Source: Candidatus Latescibacterota bacterium
GTDB lineage: Bacteria; Latescibacterota; UBA2968; GCA-2709665
Reading direction: 5' to 3'
NCBI GenBank assembly: GCA_965226795.1
Contig: CBDDDZ010000004.1
Location: forward strand, 867,854-931,853
Length of the DNA stretch: 64,000 nucleotides
Every line of letters begins with the position of its first letter. Position 1 is the stretch's first letter. Positions 32,220 through 42,991 of the stretch are shown piece by piece. Below the pieces are notes generated by a model. That model worked only from the letters and a program-made list of their open reading frames with translations, searched no databases and was not told where the DNA came from. The position numbers and the translations under genes were made by a program.

Positions 32220-33956
32220 ATGCCAGGAAGTCATCGCCCGTCGGTCCGCGGGAAACGGTACGTTGTCTCATCGGTTCACTATCTCGCAACCATGGGCGGG
32301 GTTCGTATCCTCGAAAATGGCGGCAACGCTGCCGATGCCGGTGTCGCCGTCGGTATCTGTATCAACGTGCTTCAACCGGGATCCACCCATTTTGGCGGTG
32401 TCGCACCGATTATCTATTGCCCGGGTTCGGGCGCACCCGTTGAAACCATCAGCGGACTCGGACGCTGGCCCCGGGCGGCAAGCATCGACTACTTCCGAAA
32501 ACATCACGGCGGCGACCTGCCCCCCGGAATTTTGCGAACCCTTACACCGGCATCGCCCGATGCGTGGTTGACGGCGTTGGCGCGGTTTGGCACGATGACC
32601 TTTGAACAGGTCATCCAGCCCGCGCTGGACCTCGCCGAAAACGGTCACCCGGTCGATAATCAGTTCCACGCCTTTGTCAGCGGGGAGCGGGGAGATCGGC
32701 CATCGACGGATGCTGTCTTCAATCCCAATGGACATATTCCACAAATCGGGGAGATTTTTTTCCAGAAGGATCTGGCGAACACCTTCCGGCGGATGATCGA
32801 CGCCGAACGAGGGGCAGGGGGTGATCGGGAAACGGGAATCAGAGCCGCACGCGACCTGATTTATTTGGGTGAAATTGCCCTGGAAATAGCCGAATTCCAT
32901 GCGCAGGAAGGGGGGCTGCTGACCTACGAAGATCTGGCTGCATTTTCGGTTCGTGTCGAACCGCCGACGCACGTCACCTACAAAGGCTATGATGTATATA
33001 CCTGCGGACCCTGGTGTCAGGGGCCAACGTTGAACATGGCGCTGAAGATTCTCGAAGGGGTTGACTTGCAGAGGATGGGGCACGAATCCGCGGACTATCT
33101 CCACACAATTATCGAGGGACTCAAATTGGCGTTTGCCGATCGGGAGGCGTACTTCGGCGACCCCGATTTTGTGCAGGTGCCAATGACGGGTCTGCTCGAT
33201 GAGCGATATGCCGCTGAAAGACGGGGCGCCATTGACCCCCAACGCGCCGCTCGTGACATGCCGCCCGCCGGTGATCCGTGGCGATTCCATCCGGAACCGC
33301 GTGGGAAAAACGGTCCCTTCCCGACCCTGGATCCTGATCGCCCGCAACCGGAGCGTATATCACATTGGGAGAGTGATACCAGTTACCTTTGCGCGGTGGA
33401 CGAACAGGGCAACGCGTTTTCGGCAACCCCTTCGGACGTCGTTGGTTGGTCCCCGGTCGTTCCGGGCCTGGGTTTTCCCGTCTCGGGACGGGGTACGCAG
33501 ACGTGGCTTGATCCGGCGCATCCCTCCTGTTTGCAGCCGTGGAAGCGTCCACGCCTCACCCCGAACCCTGCGCTGGTACTTAAAGATGGAAAGCCGTTTA
33601 TGCCCTTCGGTTGTCCCGGTGGCGATGCACAGGTCCAGGGGATGCTGCAGGTGTTCCTTAATATCATTGAGTTCGGAATGGAACCGCAAGAAGCGATCGA
33701 AGCTCCCCGTGTCATCAGTCACAGTTTTCCGAATTCGTTCTGGCCCCACGGATCATTGCCCGGCGAGGTAACGGTTGAAGCCCGCATCGCCCCACCTGTG
33801 CGTGAGGCTTTGCGAGGTCGCGGGCACCTCGTCAAAGATGATGACGATTGGAGCGCAGGGGTCAGCCTGGTGTGTGCGATTACGGTTGATCCTGAGACGG
33901 GCACACGTGCCGGCGGTGCAGATCCACGCTCTACGTCGTATGCCTTCGGTTGGTGA
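32220..33956 (+). CDS. ggt: Gamma-glutamyltransferase family protein
   Basis: GGNAADA, KLAFADRE.YFGDP, DTS nucleophile, PWKRPRLT, PGGD.Q.Q, GADPR. Confidence 0.92.
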   Translation: MPGSHRPSVRGKRYVVSSVHYLATMGGVRILENGGNAADAGVAVGICINVLQPGSTHFGGVAPIIYCPGSGAPVETISGLGRWPRAASIDYFRKHHGGDLPPGILRTLTPASPDAWLTALARFGTMTFEQVIQPALDLAENGHPVDNQFHAFVSGERGDRPSTDAVFNPNGHIPQIGEIFFQKDLANTFRRMIDAERGAGGDRETGIRAARDLIYLGEIALEIAEFHAQEGGLLTYEDLAAFSVRVEPPTHVTYKGYDVYTCGPWCQGPTLNMALKILEGVDLQRMGHESADYLHTIIEGLKLAFADREAYFGDPDFVQVPMTGLLDERYAAERRGAIDPQRAARDMPPAGDPWRFHPEPRGKNGPFPTLDPDRPQPERISHWESDTSYLCAVDEQGNAFSATPSDVVGWSPVVPGLGFPVSGRGTQTWLDPAHPSCLQPWKRPRLTPNPALVLKDGKPFMPFGCPGGDAQVQGMLQVFLNIIEFGMEPQEAIEAPRVISHSFPNSFWPHGSLPGEVTVEARIAPPVREALRGRGHLVKDDDDWSAGVSLVCAITVDPETGTRAGGADPRSTSYAFGW

Positions 33957-34440
33957 ATGAACCCACCGAAGGTGGACGCTCGGTCACGTTCCAGATTCCG
34001 CTTGTCCTGAATCGGGAGAATGCCGTCTATTCTAACTGTCCACTTGCATGGTGATCAGTGGATACGAGAGCGATATATAGATGATCCATACAAGCACCCA
34101 ACCGCTCTGTTCAAATCGTGGACAGTTCTCGTATGCGCGATGATCAGAACTTTGCAGACGGGATCGCTGGAAGGGACGGGTTGGGAAGAACCGGCGAGGG
34201 CAATGCAAGAGACCGCAGTAGGCTGACCGTCGACGATAGACCGAGCCCACTCAGCGACGAACCGAGGATAGGCATTAACGAACCCGCCAATATAAGTCGA
34301 TTCAACCGACGTTCGGGAATCCCTTCTGTCCAGAAACAACCCAATCGAAGATAACATCCCGACAGACGTACTTTCAAAGTGTTGAACCAGGGCATATACA
34401 TATCAGGGGTACGATCGATCTTGATGGAATTCAAAGACAA

Positions 34441-35145
34441 ATGAGCAAAAAGAACCTTAAATCCATTGGACTCAAGAATTTCTGGGTTTGGATTCGCGAA
34501 ATACGGACTTGGGCTTGGGATGGATTTCGGAGTGCATTTCCGTATCTCGTCTTGATATTCATTCTGTATGGTGTTTACTGCTACGAGGGTTCAATTACAG
34601 GATACAAGGCGCGTGATATCCGTCTAATTGGATTGTGTTTTCAGATCTTCGGCTTTGTGCTAGTTGCGCGGCAACTTAGAGATATCCGTGCTCTATTCGG
34701 AAAACCTTCTATTGTCTCTCGTATAGCGGATTACGTGAAGAGTTTTCCATCTCGGCATCTTAAGAAGTTTAGCTTAGAAGCGCAATTTAACGCTGAAGCA
34801 ATGACAACCTCAAGATTAAGAATACGTGTAAAGCCTGGTCCTAATGCTACATTGGAGCGACGAGTAGAATTACTAGAAAATGCCGTAGAGAACGTGGAGG
34901 AAGAATTGGGAAAGGTCGGGCTAGATTTAGGATCTGTTAGATCGGAAAGTCAACAATCGCTAGAAGAATTGCGACAAGAGACAACAAAGGAAGTTGGGAA
35001 TAATCGGAGATTGATTGACAATGCTGTCGGCGGCGGGTTACTCTTAGAGTGGGTCGGAATTATCTATTTCTTGATAGGTACTGTGCTTGCCACCATCGCA
35101 CCCGAGCTATCTGCTTTGTTAGGTTATGTGGGGCAATGCGGTTAG
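34441..35145 (+). CDS. Hypothetical membrane protein with coiled coil
   Basis: 234-aa AT-richer ORF with 3 hydrophobic segments. Confidence 0.65.
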   Translation: MSKKNLKSIGLKNFWVWIREIRTWAWDGFRSAFPYLVLIFILYGVYCYEGSITGYKARDIRLIGLCFQIFGFVLVARQLRDIRALFGKPSIVSRIADYVKSFPSRHLKKFSLEAQFNAEAMTTSRLRIRVKPGPNATLERRVELLENAVENVEEELGKVGLDLGSVRSESQQSLEELRQETTKEVGNNRRLIDNAVGGGLLLEWVGIIYFLIGTVLATIAPELSALLGYVGQCG

Positions 35146-35260
35146 CTGACCAACTGACAGCTTGTTTTTTGGTGCTGAATACTGACGTGTAATGAGCGCT
35201 GTCAATGGCTCCAAAATGTCCGTAGCGGCACCCTGAACTGTCGTCTCTACAGAAAGGGCT

Positions 35261-36754
35261 ATGCTCACACTAACCGATTATGCTGTAATCGCGGTCTACG
35301 CGGCATTGATGGCCTGGATTGGAATTCTGGCAAAGCGGAAGTCCGGCAACGTGGAACAGTATTTCGCGGCGGGGCACGGGTTGCCCTGGTGGATGGCGGC
35401 CATCTCACACCATGTGTCGGGATATAGCGCGGTCGCGTTCGTGGGTTTTGCCGGACGTGCCGCGGTCACGGGGTTCAGCATGTGGACCCTGTTTTCGCTT
35501 GGCGTGTTCGTGGCGCTGGTGATCGGATGCCTCGCCTGGGCGCCGCGATGGTCGAGGTTGAAAGTCCTGACGCCAGTGGAATATCTGGAAGCGCGTTACG
35601 GCAATTCCGTGAGAGGTCTGATCGCGATTTCCGGAATTCTCATCAAGTTCATCGACCTCGGCATCAAGTTATTCGCGATCTCAATTGTCGTCCACGTGGT
35701 TACCGGTTGGGCGGTAGTCCCTGTTATCGTCGTTTCGGGTCTGATTACCATCGCCTACGTGTTTATAGGCGGGCTGTGGGCAACGGTACTTACGGATCTG
35801 GTGCAGTTCGTGGTACAACTCGTCATGAGTCTGGCCGTGCTGTTTATCGCGCTGGATATGGTGGGCGGCTGGAACGCGATGTGGGACGGGTTGCCACAGG
35901 AGCGTGCCGACTTTTTCAACGCTTCGGGTGGGATCAGCGTGAGCTTCTGGCTGGTTTATGTGGTTGTGATCATTTTCAGCTACAATGGGGGCACCTGGGG
36001 TCTTGCGCAACGATTCATATCGGTGGCCAAGCCGCGCGACGCCCAGAAGGCGGCCCTTCTGTCGGCGATTCTCTACTTGTTCTATCCCATCGTCATTTTC
36101 GTCCCCGCGTGGGCCGCGCCGCTGCTGATGCCCGAATACTTCGATCCGGTCACGTTTCAGCCAATCGCCGGCTTCGATCTGGATCAGACATATATCCTTG
36201 TAACGCAGAAAATACTGTCCACTCTGGCGCCAGGGCTGATCGGACTGCTGGTATGTTCCATGTTTGCCGCGACCATGTCCATGATAGACAGCGATATCAA
36301 CGCGCTTGCCGCGGTGTTCACCAAGGATTTCTACCAGCGAAATTTCAGGCCGGAGATCGATGACAGGGCGTTGTTCAGAGCGGGCATGACCATAACGGCA
36401 ATTTTCGGCATCGCGGTTGTGGTGACGGCAATTGTGATCTCCCAGAGTCAGGGAATGAATAAGGTGTTTGCTCTGACCGTAAAACTGTTCGGCGGCCTCC
36501 TGTCGCCCATCGCGATCCCATTGATGTTCGGGATGATATGGAAACGCCCGACGGCGCGGGGTGCAATCCTGTCGTTTATCGGCGGTGTGATCACCTATTT
36601 CATCATGATTCAGTTCACCGACAGGTTCGAACTATACACGGGGGTGGAAATCCTGGTTGCGCTGGTCATCTACTTCGGTGAGAGTTATATCGGCAAGCGC
36701 AGCGAGGAGAAGGAGGCGGAGGTCGAGGCCTTGTTCGAAAAAATCAGGAATTGA
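35261..36754 (+). CDS. Sodium:solute symporter (SSS) family transporter
   Basis: YF.AG..LPWW, EYLE.RY, GGL.A...TD..Q, AATMS..DS. Confidence 0.94.
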   Translation: MLTLTDYAVIAVYAALMAWIGILAKRKSGNVEQYFAAGHGLPWWMAAISHHVSGYSAVAFVGFAGRAAVTGFSMWTLFSLGVFVALVIGCLAWAPRWSRLKVLTPVEYLEARYGNSVRGLIAISGILIKFIDLGIKLFAISIVVHVVTGWAVVPVIVVSGLITIAYVFIGGLWATVLTDLVQFVVQLVMSLAVLFIALDMVGGWNAMWDGLPQERADFFNASGGISVSFWLVYVVVIIFSYNGGTWGLAQRFISVAKPRDAQKAALLSAILYLFYPIVIFVPAWAAPLLMPEYFDPVTFQPIAGFDLDQTYILVTQKILSTLAPGLIGLLVCSMFAATMSMIDSDINALAAVFTKDFYQRNFRPEIDDRALFRAGMTITAIFGIAVVVTAIVISQSQGMNKVFALTVKLFGGLLSPIAIPLMFGMIWKRPTARGAILSFIGGVITYFIMIQFTDRFELYTGVEILVALVIYFGESYIGKRSEEKEAEVEALFEKIRN

Positions 36755-36776
36755 TACATCGGCACTTAAGAAAATT

Positions 36777-36814
36777 ACCCGTCGTAGAGGTCGATTCAAC
36801 GGCGGGGTTTTTTT
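36777..36814 (+). terminator. Rho-independent terminator candidate
   Basis: CCCGTCGT...ACGGCGGG stem followed by T7, after the SSS stop. Confidence 0.55.
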
Positions 36815-36914
36815 GTGGATTTACGAGAGCAAAACAGCGGTTAGCAAGAATCGAAGATAAGACAATCCACTCCCCCGCCCCCGAATTCCCTGCCTCCGGC
36901 GGGATGCAGAAGGA

Positions 36915-37524
36915 AAAGGGAAAACCAAATTCAACATCCACATCTCTCCAAATTCCCTGCCTCCGGCGGGTTCCTTTTGACGCGACCAAAAGGAACCAAA
37001 AGTCGCCGCTGGGCGCGGGGCCTGCCGTATGCATAGCGCGAATTTCTACACGGGATGCACATGATTATCTGCCCTGCCAGCGAAAGAGGAATTCGTGCCT
37101 TCAGAGGGGGACGGATCCGCGCGCTCTGCTCTGGCATTACTCCGGGCAGGCATCGCGTTAGACAACCGCGCGGCTACCTGAGTACGAGCAGCAATTGGGC
37201 GCCACGAGGGCTGGAAGCCCTCGGTCCGAGGAGTAGCAAGATGCAGTGGTAGCGATCAACAGATATGGTACAGTAGTCGGCGAAAGACAGTCAGGCTGCC
37301 CGGTCAGGGCGGAAGTGGCTTTTCCGCGCTATTCCGTCCGGCATCACGGGTTCAGGAACGGCTGGAAGGTACGAAGGGCACGAAAGTCTGTCTCCTCCGA
37401 TTAGGCGATTCGCGGAAAAGCAGCCCCGTGCCGAACGGCCTGCCTGCGCCGAGCCGTGCTCGGCAGGCAGGCGCCGTTCTTTTTCGTCCTTTTTCTTTGG
37501 CGAGAAAGAAAAAGGACGAAAAAA
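36915..37524. repeat. ~600-nt structured non-coding repeat, copy 1
   Basis: Colinear homology with 38915-39500. Multiple hairpins with compensatory changes. Confidence 0.85.
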
Positions 37525-37629
37525 ATAGAAAAATAAGATAATGAGACAGAAGGAAATGACCTCAGGTGCCCAGAGCACAACCCATCAATCGCCTTTCACA
37601 ATTTCCAGAATTGCCCTTCCCTGGAAATT

Positions 37630-38811
37630 TCAGTTGTCCTCCACCGACCCGTCCTCGTACCTGAGTTCCTCGCGGAGTTGCGGTTCGTAGGGGTGGGCCC
37701 GGGCTACCTCCTCGTTCAGTTCGAGTCCGAGACCGGGGGTGTCCGGCAACCTTACGAAACCGTCCTCGATCTGGTACCTGTGCCCGAAGAACAGGTCGTC
37801 CATCCAGTCCGTGGACTTCTTGAAGGGCTCGTTCGCGTAGGACCCCATCTCCTGGATGACGCTGTTGGGGCAGTTCAGGCCCATGTGGATCTCGGCGGTG
37901 AGACCGACCTTGCTGTAGGTGATGTGGGGAGAGACCTGAATGTACTGCGCCTCCGCCATGGCCGCGATCTTTTTGAACTCCGAGATGCCGCCGCAGTGGA
38001 CGATGTCCGGATTGAGGTAGCTCACCAGGCGCTTGGCGATGATGTCCTGGAAGCCCCACTTGGTGAAGTTCCGCTCGCCCATGCACAGGGGCACCGTCGT
38101 GCGGTCGCTCAGCCACTCGAGGGCGTCGTTCGATCCTTCCACCTGGATCGGTTCCTCCACCCAGAAGGGACGGTAGGGCTCGACGGCCTTGCAGTACTCC
38201 AGCGCCATGGTCGGCGTCAGCCGGCCGTGGGCGTCGATGAGGATGTCGAAGTCATCGCCCCCTTCGACCCGCATCTCCTCAATCTGCCTGGCTGCCCGTT
38301 TCAGGTCCCAGGGCATGGGCACGGTGAGAGGGTCGTCGACCCTGGTCACCGGCGGCCCCGTCTTGACGGCATTGCATCCCATGCTCCGGGCGCGCTGCAC
38401 GCCCGACTTTCCGCTGCCGCCGGCGTAGATGCGGACCTTGTCCCGCGCGGCGCCTCCGAGGAGCTTGTAGATCGGCAGGCCCGCGATCTTTCCGAGGATA
38501 TCCCACAGGGCGATATCGATGGCGCTGAGGGCGGTGCTGAAGAGCACGCCCACGTGCCAGCGGTTCCAGCGGTAGAGCCCCTGCCAAAGATACTCGATGT
38601 CCGTGGGATTCTTGCCGATGAGGTGGCCCTCCAGGTCTTTGATGCACTGGGCGATCGTGCCCACCTTGTTGTCGCTGATCGAGCCTTCGCCCAGTCCCGT
38701 GATCCCCTCGTTGGTGCTGATCTTCACGAAACAGCAGTTGCCTTCCACCAGGAAGGTGTCCACGGCGGTGATCCTGATACCTGCGTACTTCGCGCTGTCT
38801 TCATCGGCCAT
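37630..38811 (-). CDS. Mandelate racemase/galactonate dehydratase-like enolase-superfamily enzyme
   Basis: SAIDIALWDI.GK, P+YKLLGG, DAHG, EEP, GER, PD..HCGGI, PGLG. Confidence 0.93.
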   Translation of the reverse strand: MADEDSAKYAGIRITAVDTFLVEGNCCFVKISTNEGITGLGEGSISDNKVGTIAQCIKDLEGHLIGKNPTDIEYLWQGLYRWNRWHVGVLFSTALSAIDIALWDILGKIAGLPIYKLLGGAARDKVRIYAGGSGKSGVQRARSMGCNAVKTGPPVTRVDDPLTVPMPWDLKRAARQIEEMRVEGGDDFDILIDAHGRLTPTMALEYCKAVEPYRPFWVEEPIQVEGSNDALEWLSDRTTVPLCMGERNFTKWGFQDIIAKRLVSYLNPDIVHCGGISEFKKIAAMAEAQYIQVSPHITYSKVGLTAEIHMGLNCPNSVIQEMGSYANEPFKKSTDWMDDLFFGHRYQIEDGFVRLPDTPGLGLELNEEVARAHPYEPQLREELRYEDGSVEDN

Positions 38812-38914
38812 CGTCAGTGTCTCCTTTCAAAGCGCTCTTGAAAAACCTCGCAATAGAAACTGGCGTGTTTCTCACACCACCGTGCTTTATGCAGCGTGCG
38901 TCCGGTGCGAACGG

Positions 38915-39500
38915 AAAGGCGAAAACCAAATCGAACTTCCACATCTCCCCAAATTCCCTGCCTCCGGCGGGTTCCTTTTGAAGCGACCAAAAGGAACCAA
39001 AAGTCGCCGCTGGGCGCGGGGCCTGCCATATGCATAGCGCGAATTGCCACACGGGATGCACCGGATCATCAGCCCTGCCGGCCGCAGAAAATCAACGATC
39101 CTGGGTGCTGGACGGAACCGCGCGCTCTGCTCTGGTATTGCTCCGTATAGGAATCGCGTGAGACAACCATATTGCTACCTGAGTAGCGAGCAGCAATTAG
39201 CCGTCAGCAGTCAGCTAACAACAAACAGCGGGAAAACCGCAAATCCACGCGGCGGTCCATTCCGGTCAAACTTGCTGCCGTCCGGTGGCGAAGTGGGGGG
39301 TTTTTCCGCGTTGATCCGTTCAGCAAAGTCGTCTCGTGGGTGCTGAACCGTCCGTAGGGCATCGGCATTTGTATTCACCAATTAGGCGGTTTGCGGAAAA
39401 ACCGGCCCCGCGCCGAGCGGCCTGCCTGCGCCGAGCCGTGCTCGGCAGGCAGGCGCCGTTCTTTTTGGCCCTTTTTCTTGGGCGTACAAGAAAAAGGGCA
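38915..39500. repeat. ~600-nt structured non-coding repeat, copy 2
   Basis: Direct-orientation homologue of copy 1. Confidence 0.85.
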
Positions 39501-39556
39501 AGGGAATAGGGGACGTCAGAGGGTGGGGGAGATTCTTGCCTTTCCGAATAACCCAC

Positions 39557-40669
39557 TCACACCGGATAGTTGATTTCCAGGTCCTTGAAGTAATCGTTGA
39601 GCTCGAAGGCTTTTCCTTCCGCACGGGCGCGTTCCCGGTCGATGTTGTTGGCTTCCTTGACGAAGACATTGCTGACGACGTCCTCGGCCTTATAGTGGTT
39701 CCGGATCTGCCCAAGTTTGTGGACGGTGTCGATGTAGGCCTGCCAGGATTCCAGGTCGTTGTACCCATACCCTTTCCCGACGCGGTCGCCGTCAAAGTAC
39801 ATGGTGCCCAACTCGAGCATGGAATCCATCGCAAGCTGGGGCGCCATCTGTTCGCGAAGCGCCGGAAAGCGGCCGTACGTGATCTGACCTGCCGCACGCG
39901 GATTGGCTCGTGTAAACTCGTAGGCCAGACAATTGGCCTTGAAGAAGCGCGTCCAGATGTCGACGCGGGTTTCGTCCTTCAGGTCGTCTCGGTGGATGGC
40001 ATAACCGTTGGATGGATGATTGGAGAACTCCATCCCGACAAGGAACTTGAGCTTCATTCCCAGGGCCTTCCACTGGGCGGCCAGCCCTCGCCATGCCAGT
40101 CCCGCGTCCGCGCGGCCGAGAGCGACCATCTGCCCCCACTGCGGGCCGCCGTTGAGGTAGGTCACGGCCTTGGGATCGACACCGGCTTCCACCAGGATGG
40201 GGTCGATGATCACACGCCAGCCTTCGGAAGCGACGGCGATGGTTTTGCCTTCCAGGTCCTGGACTTTCGCAATAGGACTGTCTTCGGGCAGGGCGAAGTC
40301 GAAGACCTGCTTCATCACCATTTCCCAGACGAGCACAACCGGGATACCCGCGTCGACACTGGACAGCAGAACGCCGGGAGACGGAAAACCGATGTCGGCC
40401 TGTTTCTGGCCCACGAGTTTGGTAACCGCCATGGCTTCCGTTGGACCGGGTTGCAACACGACGTCCAGGTTCAGTTCCTTGAAGTAGCCCCTTTCGTGAG
40501 CCACCCACAGGTTGAAGTCGTCCATCACTTCCAGGTTCCCACGGGGCGAAACCCAGACGATTTTGTCGGCCTCGCCAGCCCTGAGTGGGTTAGCCGGAAG
40601 ACAAAACAGGACGCCCATGGCAGATGAATAACCCAGAAACTGGCGGCGTGTGACGGCATCTTTCTTCAT
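39557..40669 (-). CDS. ABC transporter substrate-binding protein (NMT1/THI5-like) with Tat signal
   Basis: TRRQFL twin-arginine motif, GYFKE.NLDV, DLEGKTIA. Confidence 0.9.
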   Translation of the reverse strand: MKKDAVTRRQFLGYSSAMGVLFCLPANPLRAGEADKIVWVSPRGNLEVMDDFNLWVAHERGYFKELNLDVVLQPGPTEAMAVTKLVGQKQADIGFPSPGVLLSSVDAGIPVVLVWEMVMKQVFDFALPEDSPIAKVQDLEGKTIAVASEGWRVIIDPILVEAGVDPKAVTYLNGGPQWGQMVALGRADAGLAWRGLAAQWKALGMKLKFLVGMEFSNHPSNGYAIHRDDLKDETRVDIWTRFFKANCLAYEFTRANPRAAGQITYGRFPALREQMAPQLAMDSMLELGTMYFDGDRVGKGYGYNDLESWQAYIDTVHKLGQIRNHYKAEDVVSNVFVKEANNIDRERARAEGKAFELNDYFKDLEINYPV

Positions 40670-40957
40670 CTTTTTTCCTCCTGGTTGACTCCTTACCGTT
40701 CACAAGGGTGCTAGCGTGAATTATTCGCGAAGAGTTGTAATATTTTTGAATAAGAGGTTGTTTTTAAATAAATTAAGCGCATAAAATAGCGACAACTTTT
40801 GAAGCTTTGGGATTGGGTTGTTAAGAGTGATGTCGCGCAGTCAATGGTGGACGGATTCATCGCTATAGCCCGGAATAGGGAGCACTCTTCCTGCTTTTCG
40901 TTTTTATCCCTTCCATCCTGTCCATCCATGTAAATTCCGGTTTCTGAGTTATTAAGG

Positions 40958-41758
40958 CTAGTTTTCCCAATTCGCCCATTTCTTTCCGATCAGATAAAAG
41001 GCGACGTAAAGCCCGATGCCGATTGCGGCAATCAGGATAATTACGGCGAAAAAGCTGGACATGCGTGCGAGGGAGGAATAGTAGACCAGGCGATTGCCCA
41101 GGCCGGAACCGCCCCCCACCATCTCCGCGCCTATCGCGGTCAGCAGGCCGAAGATGCCTCCCACCATGAGTCCGACGATGATCATCGGCAGTGCGAGCGG
41201 GAAGCGGACCTTGTGGAAAATCTGAAATGTCGTGGCGCCGTACGAGCGTGCGAGGGCGATTTTTGCCAGGTCGCTTCTGCGGAAGCCCGTGGCGGCGTTG
41301 ATCATCACCATCGGGCCAACCGCGAGAGCAACCGCGATGACCCGGGGCGTCTGGCCGAACCCGAACTTGAGGATCAGCAGGGGCACCAGGGCGAGCATGG
41401 GCGTGGTGACCAGAATGAGGATATACGGCGTGACTATTTTTTCCACAAATGGAAACTGGGTGATGAGAGCGGCCAGAAGAATGCCGACGACAGCCCCGAT
41501 AGCGTATCCCAGACCCAGTTCCTGAAGCGTGACCAGCAGATGCGGCAAGATTAACGGGAAGGACCGGTAGAGTGCGGATGCAATCTCACTCGGCAGCGGG
41601 AATACATAGGACGGAATGTCCCAGGCGCGGACCGCGAGTTCGGAAGCCACCACCACAACCAGCGCCACACCGGCAATCGCAGCGATCTGTACGCCTGCGA
41701 AACTCACGGAGGTCAGGGCTGACCAGTTGATGGACTGCTTTTCGTCCTTAGAAGGCAT
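40958..41758 (-). CDS. ABC transporter permease (SsuC/TauC-like)
   Basis: P.P.EI, P.LALVPL, ARSYGAT..QIF.KV.FP.ALP, AEM. Confidence 0.92.
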   Translation of the reverse strand: MPSKDEKQSINWSALTSVSFAGVQIAAIAGVALVVVVASELAVRAWDIPSYVFPLPSEIASALYRSFPLILPHLLVTLQELGLGYAIGAVVGILLAALITQFPFVEKIVTPYILILVTTPMLALVPLLILKFGFGQTPRVIAVALAVGPMVMINAATGFRRSDLAKIALARSYGATTFQIFHKVRFPLALPMIIVGLMVGGIFGLLTAIGAEMVGGGSGLGNRLVYYSSLARMSSFFAVIILIAAIGIGLYVAFYLIGKKWANWEN

Positions 41759-41994
41759 GGGGCGAACCCGAGGCGAAGTGTTCTGTCCCGGAAATAGATT
41801 GCCGAAATTCGGCCGCCGAGTCGCCCTGCTGGCAAGGCGGCTGAGCGAGGCGACCTGGGTAAGGTCGGCGAGGGAGGGCGACGCAGTCAGACGGGATGAA
41901 TCGGCGGATGAATGGTGACATATTTTTAGGACGGGACACCAGGGGCGGATTCTGGACGTGTTCGGTCTCTACCGCTGCACGTGGCCGGCTTTCG

Positions 41995-42783
41995 TCAGGT
42001 TGGCGCGGCGTCGTTTTGAACGTCATGGAAAATGGTCTGTTTGATTTCTGCGACGATTTCGAAAAAATGGGGTTCGGCAGTTATGGATAACGGACGGGGG
42101 CGTGGCAGATCGATGTCGTAGATCTTTGAGTTCCTGCCCGGACGGGGGGTCATCACGTAAATCCGATCCGAGAGGTAGACGGCTTCGGGGATCTGATGGG
42201 TGACGAAGACGATGGTTTTTCGGGACTGTTCCCAGATGTTGAGGAGCATCAGGTTCATTTCGTCCCGGGTGAACGCGTCCAGGGCGCCGAAGGGTTCGTC
42301 CATGAGCAGAACCCGGGGGTCGTATGCCAGCGCCCGGACGATGGAAGCCCGTTGCTGCATGCCGCCTGAGAGTTCGCGCGGATAGTGATGCTCAAAGCCC
42401 TTAAGGGCCGTGATCTCGATCAGGTCATCGATACGATCCCGGTAGTGTCGCGCGTCTTCCCGCATGATTTCAAATGGAAAACGGATATTCTGCAGCAGGT
42501 TCCGCCACGGCAGCAGGTTGGAGGTCTGGAAGACCATGCCGATCTCGCGGCGGGGTTCCAGGACCTCCCGGCCGTTTACGGTTATCCTTCCAGCCGTAAG
42601 AGGCCAGAGCGCGGCCATCGCCCATAAAAGGGTGCTTTTGCCGCAGCCGCTTGGGCCCACGATGGAAACGAACTGGCCTTCTTCCACGGACATGTCGAAG
42701 CCGTTCAGGGCCTGGACCTCCCCGCGGTCTCCGGTAAAGGTCTTGGACGCATTCTCGACGGTGATGATGGGTGGGTTTTGCAT
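41995..42783 (-). CDS. ABC transporter ATP-binding protein (SsuB/TauB-like)
   Basis: GPSGCGKST, LSGGMQQR, LLMDEPFGALD, FVTH. Confidence 0.95.
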   Translation of the reverse strand: MQNPPIITVENASKTFTGDRGEVQALNGFDMSVEEGQFVSIVGPSGCGKSTLLWAMAALWPLTAGRITVNGREVLEPRREIGMVFQTSNLLPWRNLLQNIRFPFEIMREDARHYRDRIDDLIEITALKGFEHHYPRELSGGMQQRASIVRALAYDPRVLLMDEPFGALDAFTRDEMNLMLLNIWEQSRKTIVFVTHQIPEAVYLSDRIYVMTPRPGRNSKIYDIDLPRPRPLSITAEPHFFEIVAEIKQTIFHDVQNDAAPT

Positions 42784-42991
42784 CAGATAAGAAAACAGGA
42801 ACGCCACGACAGCACGCGGCATGAAGGCGAGACACTCAAGCTTGCACGGGACATGGGGTGGAATCGCAGCGGGTTGGAGTCGACAAAAGGGCGAACGGGA
42901 GTATATTCGATTTCGTAAATGGCAACAAGGGATTTCTGGCGCGGCGCGAAGCAGCGAACAGCAGTGAGCCTGAAGCAAAAGGCGGTGAGAC

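Noticed and set aside
34020..34226. 68-aa ORF after the GGT gene
   Set aside because: No recognisable motif. It may be a C-terminal gene remnant but cannot be supported.
36744..37578. Short ORFs within the structured repeats (also 38801-39573 and 56720-57273)
   Set aside because: Their starts, stops and frames are not conserved between repeat copies and they contain no recognisable motifs.
37678..38841. 387-aa plus-strand ORF, and similar long antisense ORFs (39536-40627, 47545-48555, 32268-33347, 62247-63335)
   Set aside because: They are shadows of well-supported genes on the opposite strand, as expected in GC-rich DNA.
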